From positions 1 through 39,968 of the IMG/VR virus record IMGVR_UViG_3300011437_000014: a stretch of 39,968 nucleotides of DNA; one strand, given 5' to 3'. A program made the translations under genes and the position numbers. Position 1 is the stretch's first letter. Each line of letters opens with the position of its first letter. The stretch is from a virus (lineage: Duplodnaviria; Caudoviricetes). This document shows positions 24,615 to 34,898 of this stretch, piece after piece. The notes below the pieces were generated by a model. It made no database searches. It was not told the origin of the DNA and worked only from the letters and a program-made list of their open reading frames with translations.

Positions 24615-26249
24615 ATGGTTCAAGTTTTAGACCCTGGTAATGATTTTATCAGGGAAATTAAACCTCACCCGCGTCAGGATGATTTCTTAAAAATTAGTGA
24701 TGAAATCTTTGAAGCTTTATATGGGGGCGCAGCTTATGGAGGGAAATCTTTCTTACTTACCCTCTTACCTCTTATCAGAGGATTTTATAAATTTAGAGGC
24801 TTCAAAGGTATCATTCTTAGAAGAAAGTTTCCTGACCTTGAAAGGGAAATTATTCGTCTCAGCAAAGAATATTACCCATTAACAGGAGCTACTTATAATG
24901 AAACTAAACACTCCTGGGAATGGAAAGAATATGGTTCATACATGGACTTTGGGCACGTTCAACATGCTCAAGATATTAAAATGTATGACTCTGCTCAGTA
25001 TAATTATTGTGCTTTCGATGAACTTACTCACTTTGAAGAAGCTCCTTATTTATACATGGTTGGGAGCAGAGTTCGTCCGGGTTCTAGTTTTAACATTGCT
25101 ATCGTTAGAAATGGAACAAATCCTGGCGGAGTAGGACAAACATTTGTTTATAATCGTTTTGTTAAGCCAGATGAAGGAGGATATAAAAGATTAGTAGATA
25201 AAATTACAGGATTATCGAGGATTTTTATTCCCGCGCTACCACAGGATAATCCTCATGGAATGGAGTATGACCCTTTATATTTACAGAAATTAGAAATTCT
25301 TCCAGAAGCGGAAAAAAGAGCTAAGAAATATGGAGATTGGCATGCGTTTGAAGGTTCAGTATTTCCGGAATTTAGGCCTATTAATATACCAGGTGAACCT
25401 GATAACGCAATTCATGTTATTCAGCCTTTTGAAATTCCTGAATGGTGGCCGCGCATCCTCAGTATTGATTGGGGAAAACGCGCTATGTGTCACGCAATTT
25501 GGGGAGCAATTGCACCAGATGGTAGAGTTTATATTTATCGAGAAAGAGGATGGAAAGGAAAGGATGTTCCTTATTGGGCAGCAGAAGTTAGAGAATTATC
25601 TCACGTTGAACCTATAGTTCATTTTATTCTTTGTGGAAGTGCTTGGCAGGAACGTGGAGTCGAAACAATCGCAGAACAGGTGCAGAGATATTCTGGGTTG
25701 GTTCCTTCTTCTAGTGATAATTCTCCTGGTTCTAGAGTTGCAGGGTTACAGTCTATTCATGATTTTTTAAGGTGGCAGCCTAGAGAGCATTTATTAAAAG
25801 CTCCTGGAGATGTTTATGATTTAGATAAAGCTAATTATATTTATAGAAATTACGGAGAAGATGCACTTATTAAATATCGGAATATGTTTATTGATGAGGA
25901 AGAAGTAAGTAATCTTCCTAAATTACAGATTTTCTCTAATTGTAATATCTTAATTGAGACTATTCCGGTATGTGTTTATGATGATAAAAAGAGAGAAGAT
26001 ATTCAAGAGTTTGATGGGGATGACCCAATAGATAATCTTAGATATTTTTGTAAAGCTGTAACGCGTTATGCTTCTGCTAATGATGAAGAATTGAATAGAA
26101 GAAAAGCAGTTAACGCGGTGGTAGCTCAATATCAGCAAGGACAGGATACTACTAAATTATATCGACAGATGGAGCGATTAGAACAAACTCAAAAAACTCA
26201 TCAACATGGTGTAACAAGAAGGTCGATATTAAAAAGGCGAAGAGGATGA
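24615..26249 (+). CDS. terL: Terminase large subunit
   Basis: PHPRQ adenine-binding motif, Walker A GGAAYGGKS, Walker B AFDE, GTNPGG coupling motif, nuclease SIDWG and DDPIDNLRY. Confidence 0.95.
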   Translation: MVQVLDPGNDFIREIKPHPRQDDFLKISDEIFEALYGGAAYGGKSFLLTLLPLIRGFYKFRGFKGIILRRKFPDLEREIIRLSKEYYPLTGATYNETKHSWEWKEYGSYMDFGHVQHAQDIKMYDSAQYNYCAFDELTHFEEAPYLYMVGSRVRPGSSFNIAIVRNGTNPGGVGQTFVYNRFVKPDEGGYKRLVDKITGLSRIFIPALPQDNPHGMEYDPLYLQKLEILPEAEKRAKKYGDWHAFEGSVFPEFRPINIPGEPDNAIHVIQPFEIPEWWPRILSIDWGKRAMCHAIWGAIAPDGRVYIYRERGWKGKDVPYWAAEVRELSHVEPIVHFILCGSAWQERGVETIAEQVQRYSGLVPSSSDNSPGSRVAGLQSIHDFLRWQPREHLLKAPGDVYDLDKANYIYRNYGEDALIKYRNMFIDEEEVSNLPKLQIFSNCNILIETIPVCVYDDKKREDIQEFDGDDPIDNLRYFCKAVTRYASANDEELNRRKAVNAVVAQYQQGQDTTKLYRQMERLEQTQKTHQHGVTRRSILKRRRG

Positions 26250-26617
26250 TTAAGACATTAAGAAAATTATTAAATTTACGAAGAGAGTGTCATGGATGTC
26301 AAATTCTTAAGGAACAACTGGAAAAGAAAAACATTGAAACTCAAATGTTATTGGATACGATTACTTCTATCTGTAAGCCAGCTGTAATTGTTCCTCAAAA
26401 TTCAGTAAGTCAAGAACCTATTAGACAAGGTAAAGTAAGATGGGATGTAAGACGTAGGATTCTTGAAGCAAACTCTAGGAAAGCTGCAACAATTAAGAAA
26501 GAACATCCCGAAATTAGTGAAGATATTCAAAAATTAGAAGAAGAACTCGGATTAAGTGATGAAGGAAATCCAAATGGAAATGATATTGCTCCCGAAGGGG
26601 ACGAATCAACGCATTAA
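26246..26617 (+). CDS. Hypothetical protein
   Basis: ATGA-coupled to terL; CHGC followed by a coiled coil. Confidence 0.7.
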   Translation: MIKTLRKLLNLRRECHGCQILKEQLEKKNIETQMLLDTITSICKPAVIVPQNSVSQEPIRQGKVRWDVRRRILEANSRKAATIKKEHPEISEDIQKLEEELGLSDEGNPNGNDIAPEGDESTH

Positions 26618-26798
26618 ACAATTAGAAAGTCAAAATCAAGTATTACATTATAATATTCATTCTGGTAGATGTATTCATATTAGTAATGAAGGTATTAAAT
26701 GTGGAGGGGCTTCTAGAAAAGATTTGGCTAATGGTTGGTTATGCACGAAGCATCAAGAATATATTTTGATAGCTACAAAACTTCATGCGGTTAATTAA
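26573..26798 (+). CDS. Small C3H Zn-binding protein
   Basis: Likely start MEMILLPK behind AAGGA; C...C...C..H; TAATG-coupled to the portal gene. Confidence 0.55.
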
Positions 26799-29062
26799 TG
26801 CGTATTAAAGAGCTTAGTGATGACCTCAAACAAAAACTAAACTCTATAGTCGACCATTTCGATTTAGAGGATAGAGAGGTTAGAGAACGTCAAGTTAGAG
26901 AATGGCGTAAGCTTAAACTTTATTGGGCTGGTTATCAAAGAATATGGTATGACAATGTAGCACATGATTGGAGAGTTTATGACGAGTGGCAGAATTTAGA
27001 AAATGATGATGCTGATTTCTATGATAAGCCTATTAATGTTTTAAGGGCTTATATTGAATCTATTATAGCAGCATTATCTATTACAATTCCTAAAGTTTCT
27101 TGTGTTCCTAAAGATGCTAATAATTCCGATGATTTATTAACTGCTAAAGCCGGTAATAATATTAGTCGATTAATTGCTAAGGAAAATGAAGAATCTCTTC
27201 TTTGGCTTTATACTCTTTTTGTTTATTGCACAGAAGGATTAGTAGCTGCTTATCATTATTCTAAAGAAGATGAAAAGTATGGAACCTATACTGAGCCTGA
27301 TGTAAAAGAATTTAAAGAAGAACATTATATTTGTCCTAATCCTGAATGTGGAGAACCTATTCCTACGGAAGATGTAGAATCTCCTATTATTGAAGAACAG
27401 AAGCTTTGTCCCTCTTGTCAACAGCCTTATGAACCTGCTTTATTATCTCTTCAAGAAGTTCCAGTTGAACGGGTTGTAGGAGAAGTTACTAAGAATAAGA
27501 AACACCAATGTATTGAAATTAGAGGGGGATTATATGTTAAAGTTCCACTCTATGCTAAGAAACAGGAAGATTGTCCTTATTTACGTTATTCTTATGAAAC
27601 TCATTTTTCAACTGTAATTAAAGAATTTCCTCATCTCGCTTCTAAATTTAAGAAGAGTGGTAAGATTGTATCTTCTGCTAATACGGGAGATTCTACTTAT
27701 GAAAGATGGGGAAGATTACCTATTCCTTATGTTTCAGATTATCCTACCTATACTCCTACAGTTACACATACTTGGTTAAGACCTTCAGCTTATTATGTTC
27801 TTTGTGATGATGAAGATGGTATTAAGAAGTTAAATAAATTATTTCCTACTGGCGTTAGAATTACAAAAATTAATGATTTCTTTGCTGAAGCCGTAGAAGA
27901 AAAATTAGATGACCGATGGACTTTAGCTTTTAATCCTTATTCAGATTATATTCATCATGACCCAATTGCGCTTCTTCTTATCTCAGTTCAAGATATTCTT
28001 AATGATTTAAATTCTCTTACTCTTCAGACTATTGAACAAGGGATTCCTCAAACTTTCGTAGACCCTGCGATTATAGATTTAGATGCTTATAGGCAATCTG
28101 AAGCCGCGCCGGGTAGTGTTTATGGAACTAAGGCGGTATCTGCTAGTAAAAATATTGCAGAGGGTTTTCATACATTAAAAACTGCTACTTTAGGAACAGA
28201 GGTATTGCCCTATGGGCAGAAGGTTCAAGAACTTGGCCAGCTTACTTCTGGTGCTTTACCTTCTCTCTTTGGTGGTAGCGGTCCTCAGGGTAGTAGGACT
28301 GCATCAGAATATGCTATGTCCCGAAGTCAGGCTCAACAAAGACTTCAGGGAATCTGGAAGATTTTAACAATTTTTTATAAGAATATTTACGGTAAGGCTA
28401 TTCCTGCGTTTTTACAGGATATGGTCGATGATGAGCAGTTTGTAGAAAGAAAGAATGACGGCTCATTTGAAAATGTAGTTATTAGAAAGATTGAAACTGA
28501 AGGATTAATTGGAGATGTTCTCTTAGATATTTCTGAGAATCTTCCTACCTCTTGGCAGCAAAAGAAGGATACTCTTGTAGAACTTTTACAAATGGGTAAT
28601 CCTATTCTTGCAGAAGCTTTAATTTCTCCTGAAAATATTCCTCTTCTTAGGGAAGCTTTTGGTCTTAATGAAATTGTTCTTCCTGGAGAAGAAGATAGAA
28701 ATAAACAACTTGAGGAAATTAAAGAATTACTTAATTCTGAACCTCTTAGTGAAACTGAACCTTCTGTTCCTGTTGACCAGTTATTAGATAATCATCAAAT
28801 AGAATCAGATGTTTTAAGGCATTGGTTAATTTCTCCGGAAGGAAGGGACCAAAAGAAAGTTAATCAATTAGGATACATGAATTGTTTACTCCACTATAAG
28901 TGGCATATGATGTTTTTAGAACAAGCTATGGCTGCTCAAGCCGCGATGATGAATCAGGGTAATCCTAATGCTGAGGGAAAACCTGCTTCAAAGAATAAGA
29001 ATAAAAAGAATACTTCAGCACCTATTGGAGATGAAAGTGAAACTCAAATTCCCATCCAGTGA
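26798..29062 (+). CDS. Portal protein (with Zn-ribbon insertion)
   Basis: 754 aa, follows terL; P22-like portal features such as 'PINVLRAYIESIIAAL', 'QDILNDL' and 'RTASEY'. Confidence 0.85.
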   Translation: MRIKELSDDLKQKLNSIVDHFDLEDREVRERQVREWRKLKLYWAGYQRIWYDNVAHDWRVYDEWQNLENDDADFYDKPINVLRAYIESIIAALSITIPKVSCVPKDANNSDDLLTAKAGNNISRLIAKENEESLLWLYTLFVYCTEGLVAAYHYSKEDEKYGTYTEPDVKEFKEEHYICPNPECGEPIPTEDVESPIIEEQKLCPSCQQPYEPALLSLQEVPVERVVGEVTKNKKHQCIEIRGGLYVKVPLYAKKQEDCPYLRYSYETHFSTVIKEFPHLASKFKKSGKIVSSANTGDSTYERWGRLPIPYVSDYPTYTPTVTHTWLRPSAYYVLCDDEDGIKKLNKLFPTGVRITKINDFFAEAVEEKLDDRWTLAFNPYSDYIHHDPIALLLISVQDILNDLNSLTLQTIEQGIPQTFVDPAIIDLDAYRQSEAAPGSVYGTKAVSASKNIAEGFHTLKTATLGTEVLPYGQKVQELGQLTSGALPSLFGGSGPQGSRTASEYAMSRSQAQQRLQGIWKILTIFYKNIYGKAIPAFLQDMVDDEQFVERKNDGSFENVVIRKIETEGLIGDVLLDISENLPTSWQQKKDTLVELLQMGNPILAEALISPENIPLLREAFGLNEIVLPGEEDRNKQLEEIKELLNSEPLSETEPSVPVDQLLDNHQIESDVLRHWLISPEGRDQKKVNQLGYMNCLLHYKWHMMFLEQAMAAQAAMMNQGNPNAEGKPASKNKNKKNTSAPIGDESETQIPIQ

Positions 29063-30323
29063 AGAATTATTAGATTGGCAATATGGTCTTGTCTCTAATG
29101 AAGAAGCCCCTGATGTAGAAGCTATTGGGTCAGAAACAACCACTAAAGATGATATTTTAAAAGAATTAAATTTAGAAGATGAAACTGATACCGAGCAGCC
29201 AGATAAGGATAGAGTTGAATCAGAAGAAGATGATGAAGAAGACAATGAAGGAAAAGAAAGAGACGATGACGACGAAGAAGAGGAAGATGAAGAAATAGAG
29301 ATTAAAGAACCAGGAGAAGAGGAAGAAGAGAGATTAGTAGTTCCAGTTAAGAAAGCAGAAATTCTTAAAAAATATCCTAATCTTGAAAAGGAATTTCCTG
29401 CTCTCTTTGCTTACTATTATAAAGCACAGCAATATACTGACATTATCCCTACAGTAGCAGATGCTAAGAGAGTAGTTAAAGATAGTGAAACTCTTGATAA
29501 TTTTAGAAAAGATTTAGAAGAAGGAAATACTGTTAAAGTTATTGCAGCTATTAAAGATTATTCTCCTGAAAATTATGATAAGTTTGTAGATAATTATTTA
29601 CAGACATTAGCTACTGTAGATAAAGAAGCTTATTTTCATGTAACTAATAATGTATTAGCTAATGCTATTCAATTTGGTCTTGCTAAAGCTAAAGAAAATA
29701 ATGATGAAGATGTTAAGGAAGCAATATTAATTTTTAATGAATTTCTTTTCGGTCAAAAAGAGCCAGTTCAAATTCGTCTCCGGGCAAAGAAAGAAGAAAG
29801 TGACGAATCTCAAAAACTCAAGAAAGAAAGAGAAGATTTTGAAAATCAGAAATTCACTGATGCAATAGGAGAGGTTACCAGTAGAGTTAATAATCAGGTA
29901 ATGTCTACTATTGATGCTAATATTGATAAAGATGGTAAGATGACCGCGTTTGTTAAGAGGAACGCAGTTAAAGAAGTAAAAGATAAGTTAGATGATGCAT
30001 TAAAGAATGATAAAGCTTTTCAAAGTGTTATTAATTCCTTGCAAAAGAGAGCAAAGGCCGAAAAACTTTCCAGTATAGCCCTGGACAAAATTAAACGTGC
30101 TTATCTTACGCAAGCAAAAACATATCTCCAACGAATTATTCCTAAAGTAAGGGCAGAAGCTCTTAAAGGTAGTAGTTCTGTTAGGAGACAAGAACCAACT
30201 CGATTTAGGAGTTCCACATCCTCAGAAGAAAATAAAAGTGGAAATAATTCTAGTAGTAAAAGAGATAGCAAAAATAGTAAAGATGGTCGAGGAATGAGGA
30301 CCGTCGATTTTTTAAATTCTTAA
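29031..30323 (+). CDS. Capsid scaffolding protein
   Basis: Lies between portal and capsid genes; very acidic N-terminus, helical body, basic C-terminus. Start is ATG 29031 or GTG 29037 (GGAG at 29027). Confidence 0.7.
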   Translation: MKVKLKFPSSEELLDWQYGLVSNEEAPDVEAIGSETTTKDDILKELNLEDETDTEQPDKDRVESEEDDEEDNEGKERDDDDEEEEDEEIEIKEPGEEEEERLVVPVKKAEILKKYPNLEKEFPALFAYYYKAQQYTDIIPTVADAKRVVKDSETLDNFRKDLEEGNTVKVIAAIKDYSPENYDKFVDNYLQTLATVDKEAYFHVTNNVLANAIQFGLAKAKENNDEDVKEAILIFNEFLFGQKEPVQIRLRAKKEESDESQKLKKEREDFENQKFTDAIGEVTSRVNNQVMSTIDANIDKDGKMTAFVKRNAVKEVKDKLDDALKNDKAFQSVINSLQKRAKAEKLSSIALDKIKRAYLTQAKTYLQRIIPKVRAEALKGSSSVRRQEPTRFRSSTSSEENKSGNNSSSKRDSKNSKDGRGMRTVDFLNS

Positions 30324-30341
30324 AACTGAGGATTTTATCTA

Positions 30342-31646
30342 ATGAAACTCTTTGGCCATAGTTTTCCGTGGCATCAGACTTTCGAAGGAAAGTTCTATGC
30401 TGTCACTGAAACTCAGGTTGCAGGTTTAGAACTTGAGCGCGTGCTGCCGAAAGTTCGGACAGTTTTTGAGCGTGATGACAAGTTCTATTCTAATATTGAA
30501 AAGCGCGATGTTGAAAAGATTTCTAATCGACAGATGCGCGTTCCTCTCGAATTACGTCCAGGTGGAAGCTTTGGATATTTTGATGCAGACGGTGGAGATT
30601 TAGGACGTGGCGGGGGACCAACTTGGGATAAGGCAGTGTTAAATTCAGTATTTGTTAGTGAGAATATTGAATATACTAAGCTTATCGAATGGTCTACAGA
30701 TGATAATCGTAAGGCGGTTATTTCTGCTGTCCGTCGTTTAACTGCTACGGCTCTTGATGAATTACGTAGACAGTTAGATGCCCAGATGATGCAGGCAGGT
30801 AATGGTGTAATTGGAACTATTACTACTGCAACTCCTTCTGCTGGCGTTGATACTTATGTTTGCACGACTGACGGTTTCGGCGTTCGCTTAATGCGATATG
30901 GTCAAACTATTCAGGTTTTCGATTCTACCTTAGCAACTCTTCGTGGTAGTGGTGTTATTACTACGTGGGATGTTGTTAATAAAACTGTTGCTGTTACTCC
31001 TTCTATTGCAGGCGCAACAACTGGAGATTTAATCGTTACTAATGGTATTAGTTCTCCTACTTCTTTACCTGCTATTTACGGAGTTCCATATCATCATTCA
31101 AATGCTTCTACGGGAACTTGGTTAGGATTCTCTCGTTCTGCAACTCCTGAAATTCGTGCAAATGGAGTTAATGCGGCTTCTGCTGCTCTTTCATTACCTT
31201 TACCGCGATTGGCTATTAATGCTATTGGCAATCGTGTTGGTTTAGATAATGAATTTTCTCCAGATGCCTGGATGCATCCTTGTCAGGCTCAGGCTTACGA
31301 GGAAATTGGTCAGTTAGTGTCTATTATTCAGAAGACAGCTAAAGATGAAGCCCTGAATCGTTATTTTGGGGATAATATGCAGATGGCTGGTGCTTCTGTT
31401 AAGAAGTCCTATAATTGGGATAAGACACGAATTGATTTCGTTTCTAAGGAAGTTTGGGGCCGCGGAGAGATTCGTCCTGTAGGATTTTATAAGTCTGATG
31501 GACGGTCAATCTTTGAAATTCGTGGAGGTTCTGGCGGTGTAGCAACAGCTGAAATCTTCTATATGTGTGTGGGCACGCAGTTCTTTGTTAATAATCCTGC
31601 TGCTTGTGCATATATTTATGGTTTAGCTGTTCCTTCTGGTTATTAA
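30342..31646 (+). CDS. Major capsid protein
   Basis: 434 aa after the scaffold gene; GAGGA RBS; HK97-like layout; codon bias typical of high expression. Confidence 0.85.
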   Translation: MKLFGHSFPWHQTFEGKFYAVTETQVAGLELERVLPKVRTVFERDDKFYSNIEKRDVEKISNRQMRVPLELRPGGSFGYFDADGGDLGRGGGPTWDKAVLNSVFVSENIEYTKLIEWSTDDNRKAVISAVRRLTATALDELRRQLDAQMMQAGNGVIGTITTATPSAGVDTYVCTTDGFGVRLMRYGQTIQVFDSTLATLRGSGVITTWDVVNKTVAVTPSIAGATTGDLIVTNGISSPTSLPAIYGVPYHHSNASTGTWLGFSRSATPEIRANGVNAASAALSLPLPRLAINAIGNRVGLDNEFSPDAWMHPCQAQAYEEIGQLVSIIQKTAKDEALNRYFGDNMQMAGASVKKSYNWDKTRIDFVSKEVWGRGEIRPVGFYKSDGRSIFEIRGGSGGVATAEIFYMCVGTQFFVNNPAACAYIYGLAVPSGY

Positions 31647-31662
31647 TAGTCTAGGAGACAAA

Positions 31663-31950
31663 ATGATTCCTGGAACTATTAGTAAGTTATCAGAAGACAC
31701 TCTTGCTTCTGCTGCATCCATTAGTCCTAAAACAGATATGGTTAAATTGACTGGTAGCACAGCTATTGCTACTATCAGACCTCCATATGAAGGATTTAGT
31801 GGTATCCTGTGTTTAGTCCCTCTTGATGGAACATTGGGATTATTAACTACAGGTAACATTGCCATTGCTGTAACTATGGCACAGGAGAGGGCTACATTTT
31901 TGGTTTACTCTAAACTTACGGATACCTGGTATCCGGGAGCGATTAGCTAA
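31663..31950 (+). CDS. Small virion/decoration-like protein, paralogue A
   Basis: AGGAG RBS; similar to the next ORF (TG...I.TI.PP, DG, TTGNIA.A). Confidence 0.7.
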   Translation: MIPGTISKLSEDTLASAASISPKTDMVKLTGSTAIATIRPPYEGFSGILCLVPLDGTLGLLTTGNIAIAVTMAQERATFLVYSKLTDTWYPGAIS

Positions 31951-32271
31951 ATGAGTGATTTAAACCATCAGAATTTTTCTACTACTCAGAGTGGTATTCA
32001 GCCAAAGCCTAATACTGTAGCTTCGGATACTACCATTGCTCCATCAACTTTGATGACTTATGTTACAGGAACGGTGCAGATTAAAACTATTACGCCACCT
32101 ATGACTGGTCAGCATATGTTGGTGCTTGTCTTTACAGATGGTTCTCCCGGCACAACTCTTACTACAGGAAATATTGCTGTAGCGATTGTTCCTACACAGA
32201 ATCTTCCGACAGTTCTTTTCTATAATCCGAATACTGCTCAGTATACAGGTTTTGCTACTAACCTGACCTAG
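31951..32271 (+). CDS. Small virion/decoration-like protein, paralogue B
   Basis: Shares the motifs listed for paralogue A. Confidence 0.7.
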   Translation: MSDLNHQNFSTTQSGIQPKPNTVASDTTIAPSTLMTYVTGTVQIKTITPPMTGQHMLVLVFTDGSPGTTLTTGNIAVAIVPTQNLPTVLFYNPNTAQYTGFATNLT

Positions 32272-32321
32272 TAAGATAGTGGGATGCGCATACTTTACCA
32301 CGCATACTCGGAGATTTAAGC

Positions 32322-33632
32322 ATGTATCAACTTTCAATTTTACTTCCTTCTGGACCTAACAATTCAGAGAAGTTAGCCAGAATATTAACTAATCTTAAGG
32401 AGACTATTTCAGATATTAGTAAAATAGAATTTGTAGTTTGTTTAGATAACGTAATTAATGAAGTTAATATCGAACGAAATGGTAATGTTGTTTATGTTTT
32501 CGCTCCTCCAAGTCAGCATCGTTCAACATTCTTTTTAGAGGCTTGGAAAGCATCAACTGGCCGATTTGTTTTAATGGCTAATGATGATATTATCTTTAAG
32601 ACAAAGAATTGGGATACTTTAATTCCTTATGATAAATATCCAGATGATTTAGTATTATTTTATTTTAAAGATAATCAATTTAATGAATCATTTTCTTGTC
32701 ATCCTATTTGGTCAAGAAAGGTTATGGAATTTGAACCTACATTACTTGACCCGTTATATTACATTACTAAATGTGACAATACTATTTGGGACTCTCATCC
32801 AGGTCATAGGAGACATTATCTTCCTGAAATAGAAATTGAACATATTCAGACTCCTTATGGACCGGAATGGGCGCCTTATTATGAGATGGATAATCGAACC
32901 TACTGGCAGGGAAATTTAGTAGGAATTAGAAATAAGGTTAGACATTGGATTACAGCTCAGACAGAACTTTATAATGCTAATGTTTTAATAGGAGTAGTTA
33001 CAGCAGAATATGCCAGGCGCGCGGATTTTTATGACCATTTAAATGCAATGGAAAGACCTAAGAACTCAATGAATATTTCAGTTCATGGTCAGTCTATTGC
33101 AAATAATAGAAATAAAGTAGTGGATAATGCTTTAGTTTATGGAAGCTCTCATGTTTTATTTTTAGATGATGATGTTATTCCTAAACCCGAGCTTCTCTAC
33201 TCTCTATTAAAGCACGATAAAGATATAGTTTGTGCTTTACAATGTCACAGAAATTTCCCTCATGCTCCTATTTTATTTGGAGAGTATGTAGGAAAAGAGG
33301 GATTTAGAAAATTAAATTTTTCCAATTTAACTGATGGATTAGTAAGAGTTGGGGCTGCCGGATTAGGATGTGTTCTAATTAAAACAGATGTCTTTAAGAA
33401 AATGGAAGCTCCTTGGTTTAGATTTGGAGAATTTAGAAAAGACCAGATGGCGGAAGATACTGGATTTTTTAAACGCGCCGGGGAGTTAGGAATTGAAGTT
33501 TATTGTGATTTAGGTTCTCAAGTAGGTCATATTGCTTCAATGATAGTTAGACCTATTAAGAAGCATATCGGATGGATTGTAGATTACGATACTAATAGTC
33601 AACAAGGTAGTGTGAGTTTTAAAGGATTATAA
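32322..33632 (+). CDS. Tandem GT-A (GT2-like) glycosyltransferase
   Basis: Domain 1: LSILLPS, MANDDII, WD, CDN, IEH. Domain 2: IANNRN, LFLDDDV, GLGCVLIK..VF, AEDTGF, VGHI. Confidence 0.85.
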   Translation: MYQLSILLPSGPNNSEKLARILTNLKETISDISKIEFVVCLDNVINEVNIERNGNVVYVFAPPSQHRSTFFLEAWKASTGRFVLMANDDIIFKTKNWDTLIPYDKYPDDLVLFYFKDNQFNESFSCHPIWSRKVMEFEPTLLDPLYYITKCDNTIWDSHPGHRRHYLPEIEIEHIQTPYGPEWAPYYEMDNRTYWQGNLVGIRNKVRHWITAQTELYNANVLIGVVTAEYARRADFYDHLNAMERPKNSMNISVHGQSIANNRNKVVDNALVYGSSHVLFLDDDVIPKPELLYSLLKHDKDIVCALQCHRNFPHAPILFGEYVGKEGFRKLNFSNLTDGLVRVGAAGLGCVLIKTDVFKKMEAPWFRFGEFRKDQMAEDTGFFKRAGELGIEVYCDLGSQVGHIASMIVRPIKKHIGWIVDYDTNSQQGSVSFKGL

Positions 33633-34195
33633 TGTCTAGAATCCAAAAATTAAGTCCTGAGAGATTACAGGAACTTAATAAACAGTTAGCTGATAAGTAT
33701 GGCTATAATGATGGAAGGCCTAATTTTAGAGTAATTTGGTCAGAGGATGAATTTGAAAAACGGTTAAGTAATTATACAGATGAAGGATTTCTTTTACTTA
33801 CTCCTGAAGTAAGAGACTTTCCTAAATATAAACAGTGGATTCAGGAAAGGTATATCTTAGAGAAGATTACTATTATTCCTGAGTTTGCTAAAGGACAATT
33901 AGTTGAGAAAGTTGGATATGAGCCTATCTGGACTTTTGAAACTAAATCAGGAGAATTTCTTCCTCCTATCATCGGAGCTTGTGTTTACATTATAGAACAG
34001 CTTCTTGAAAATGTAAGAAATGCTGGAGTTTATACTAAATATAAGGATACAGGAGAAACCCCTGAAGAAAGGATACAAAAAGTTCAAGAAATAGAAGAAA
34101 TGTTATTTGGTAATGAAACTGTAACAGGCGATGCGCTGGCATACAAAGAAGGCATAGTTGTTCCAGCCAACTACAATTCAGGAGAACTAAAGTGA
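33632..34195 (+). CDS. Hypothetical protein
   Basis: TAATG-coupled; 187 aa. Confidence 0.75.
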   Translation: MSRIQKLSPERLQELNKQLADKYGYNDGRPNFRVIWSEDEFEKRLSNYTDEGFLLLTPEVRDFPKYKQWIQERYILEKITIIPEFAKGQLVEKVGYEPIWTFETKSGEFLPPIIGACVYIIEQLLENVRNAGVYTKYKDTGETPEERIQKVQEIEEMLFGNETVTGDALAYKEGIVVPANYNSGELK

Positions 34196-34890
34196 CTACT
34201 CAATCTGCTGCATTTGCTCTTAGAAATAAAAGGACTATCCGAGCGCGTGTTAATCCTTTAGATGTTTGCACGGTAGTTAGTATTTTACCAAAAGCTTTTA
34301 GGGTTTATAATGCAACTATTACTCCTAGTCTTTATGAGATGCCTCCTGGGAGTTATGAAAAGCCAGAAATTCTTCATGTAGGTCCGGCATCTTGGTGGAA
34401 GGAAACAGGAGAGAATGAACCTCTATTAGAAATTCCTGATTCTTCTATGATTGTTGCTGATGCTTTAGTTAGAGATTTTATTGGTGGTATTCTTGGTTGT
34501 GACATGGCAGAAAGTTTACCTGGGTTATTTTTCATTCCTGGTAAATTAACTGTTGCTGAACTTAAAATAAAGCATAAAGATTTATTAGATTTAGCTAAAA
34601 CCAGACAGGATAATTGGTTTAATTTTCTTATCGACATGGGAGATGTTCTCTGGTCTAGTTCTAATGGTAACCCCCGCTCAATTTCAGGAGATATGAGATT
34701 AGCTGCGGACATGATGGGAGTTAAGGAAACAAAACCTTGGATGCAGAATTATGTTGCGGCAAAACTTGTTCCCTGTGTTGCTTGCGGTAATCTGCGTAAT
34801 CCTGAATATCCTATTTGCCCTTCTTGTAATACTATCGTGGATGCAACAAAATACAAGACTTTGGGATTAGCTCCTGTAGCTAAAGCTTAG
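34192..34890 (+). CDS. Hypothetical protein with C-terminal Zn ribbon
   Basis: GTG start with GGAG RBS; CVACG...CPSC. Confidence 0.75.
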   Translation: MTTQSAAFALRNKRTIRARVNPLDVCTVVSILPKAFRVYNATITPSLYEMPPGSYEKPEILHVGPASWWKETGENEPLLEIPDSSMIVADALVRDFIGGILGCDMAESLPGLFFIPGKLTVAELKIKHKDLLDLAKTRQDNWFNFLIDMGDVLWSSSNGNPRSISGDMRLAADMMGVKETKPWMQNYVAAKLVPCVACGNLRNPEYPICPSCNTIVDATKYKTLGLAPVAKA

Positions 34891-34898
34891 AGGATAAA

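Noticed and set aside
29215-29335. GAA/GAT low-complexity repeat
   Set aside because: It simply encodes the acidic tract of the scaffold protein.
32279-32311. Terminator after the capsid/decoration genes
   Set aside because: Only a weak stem (ATGCG/CGCAT) with no U-tract.
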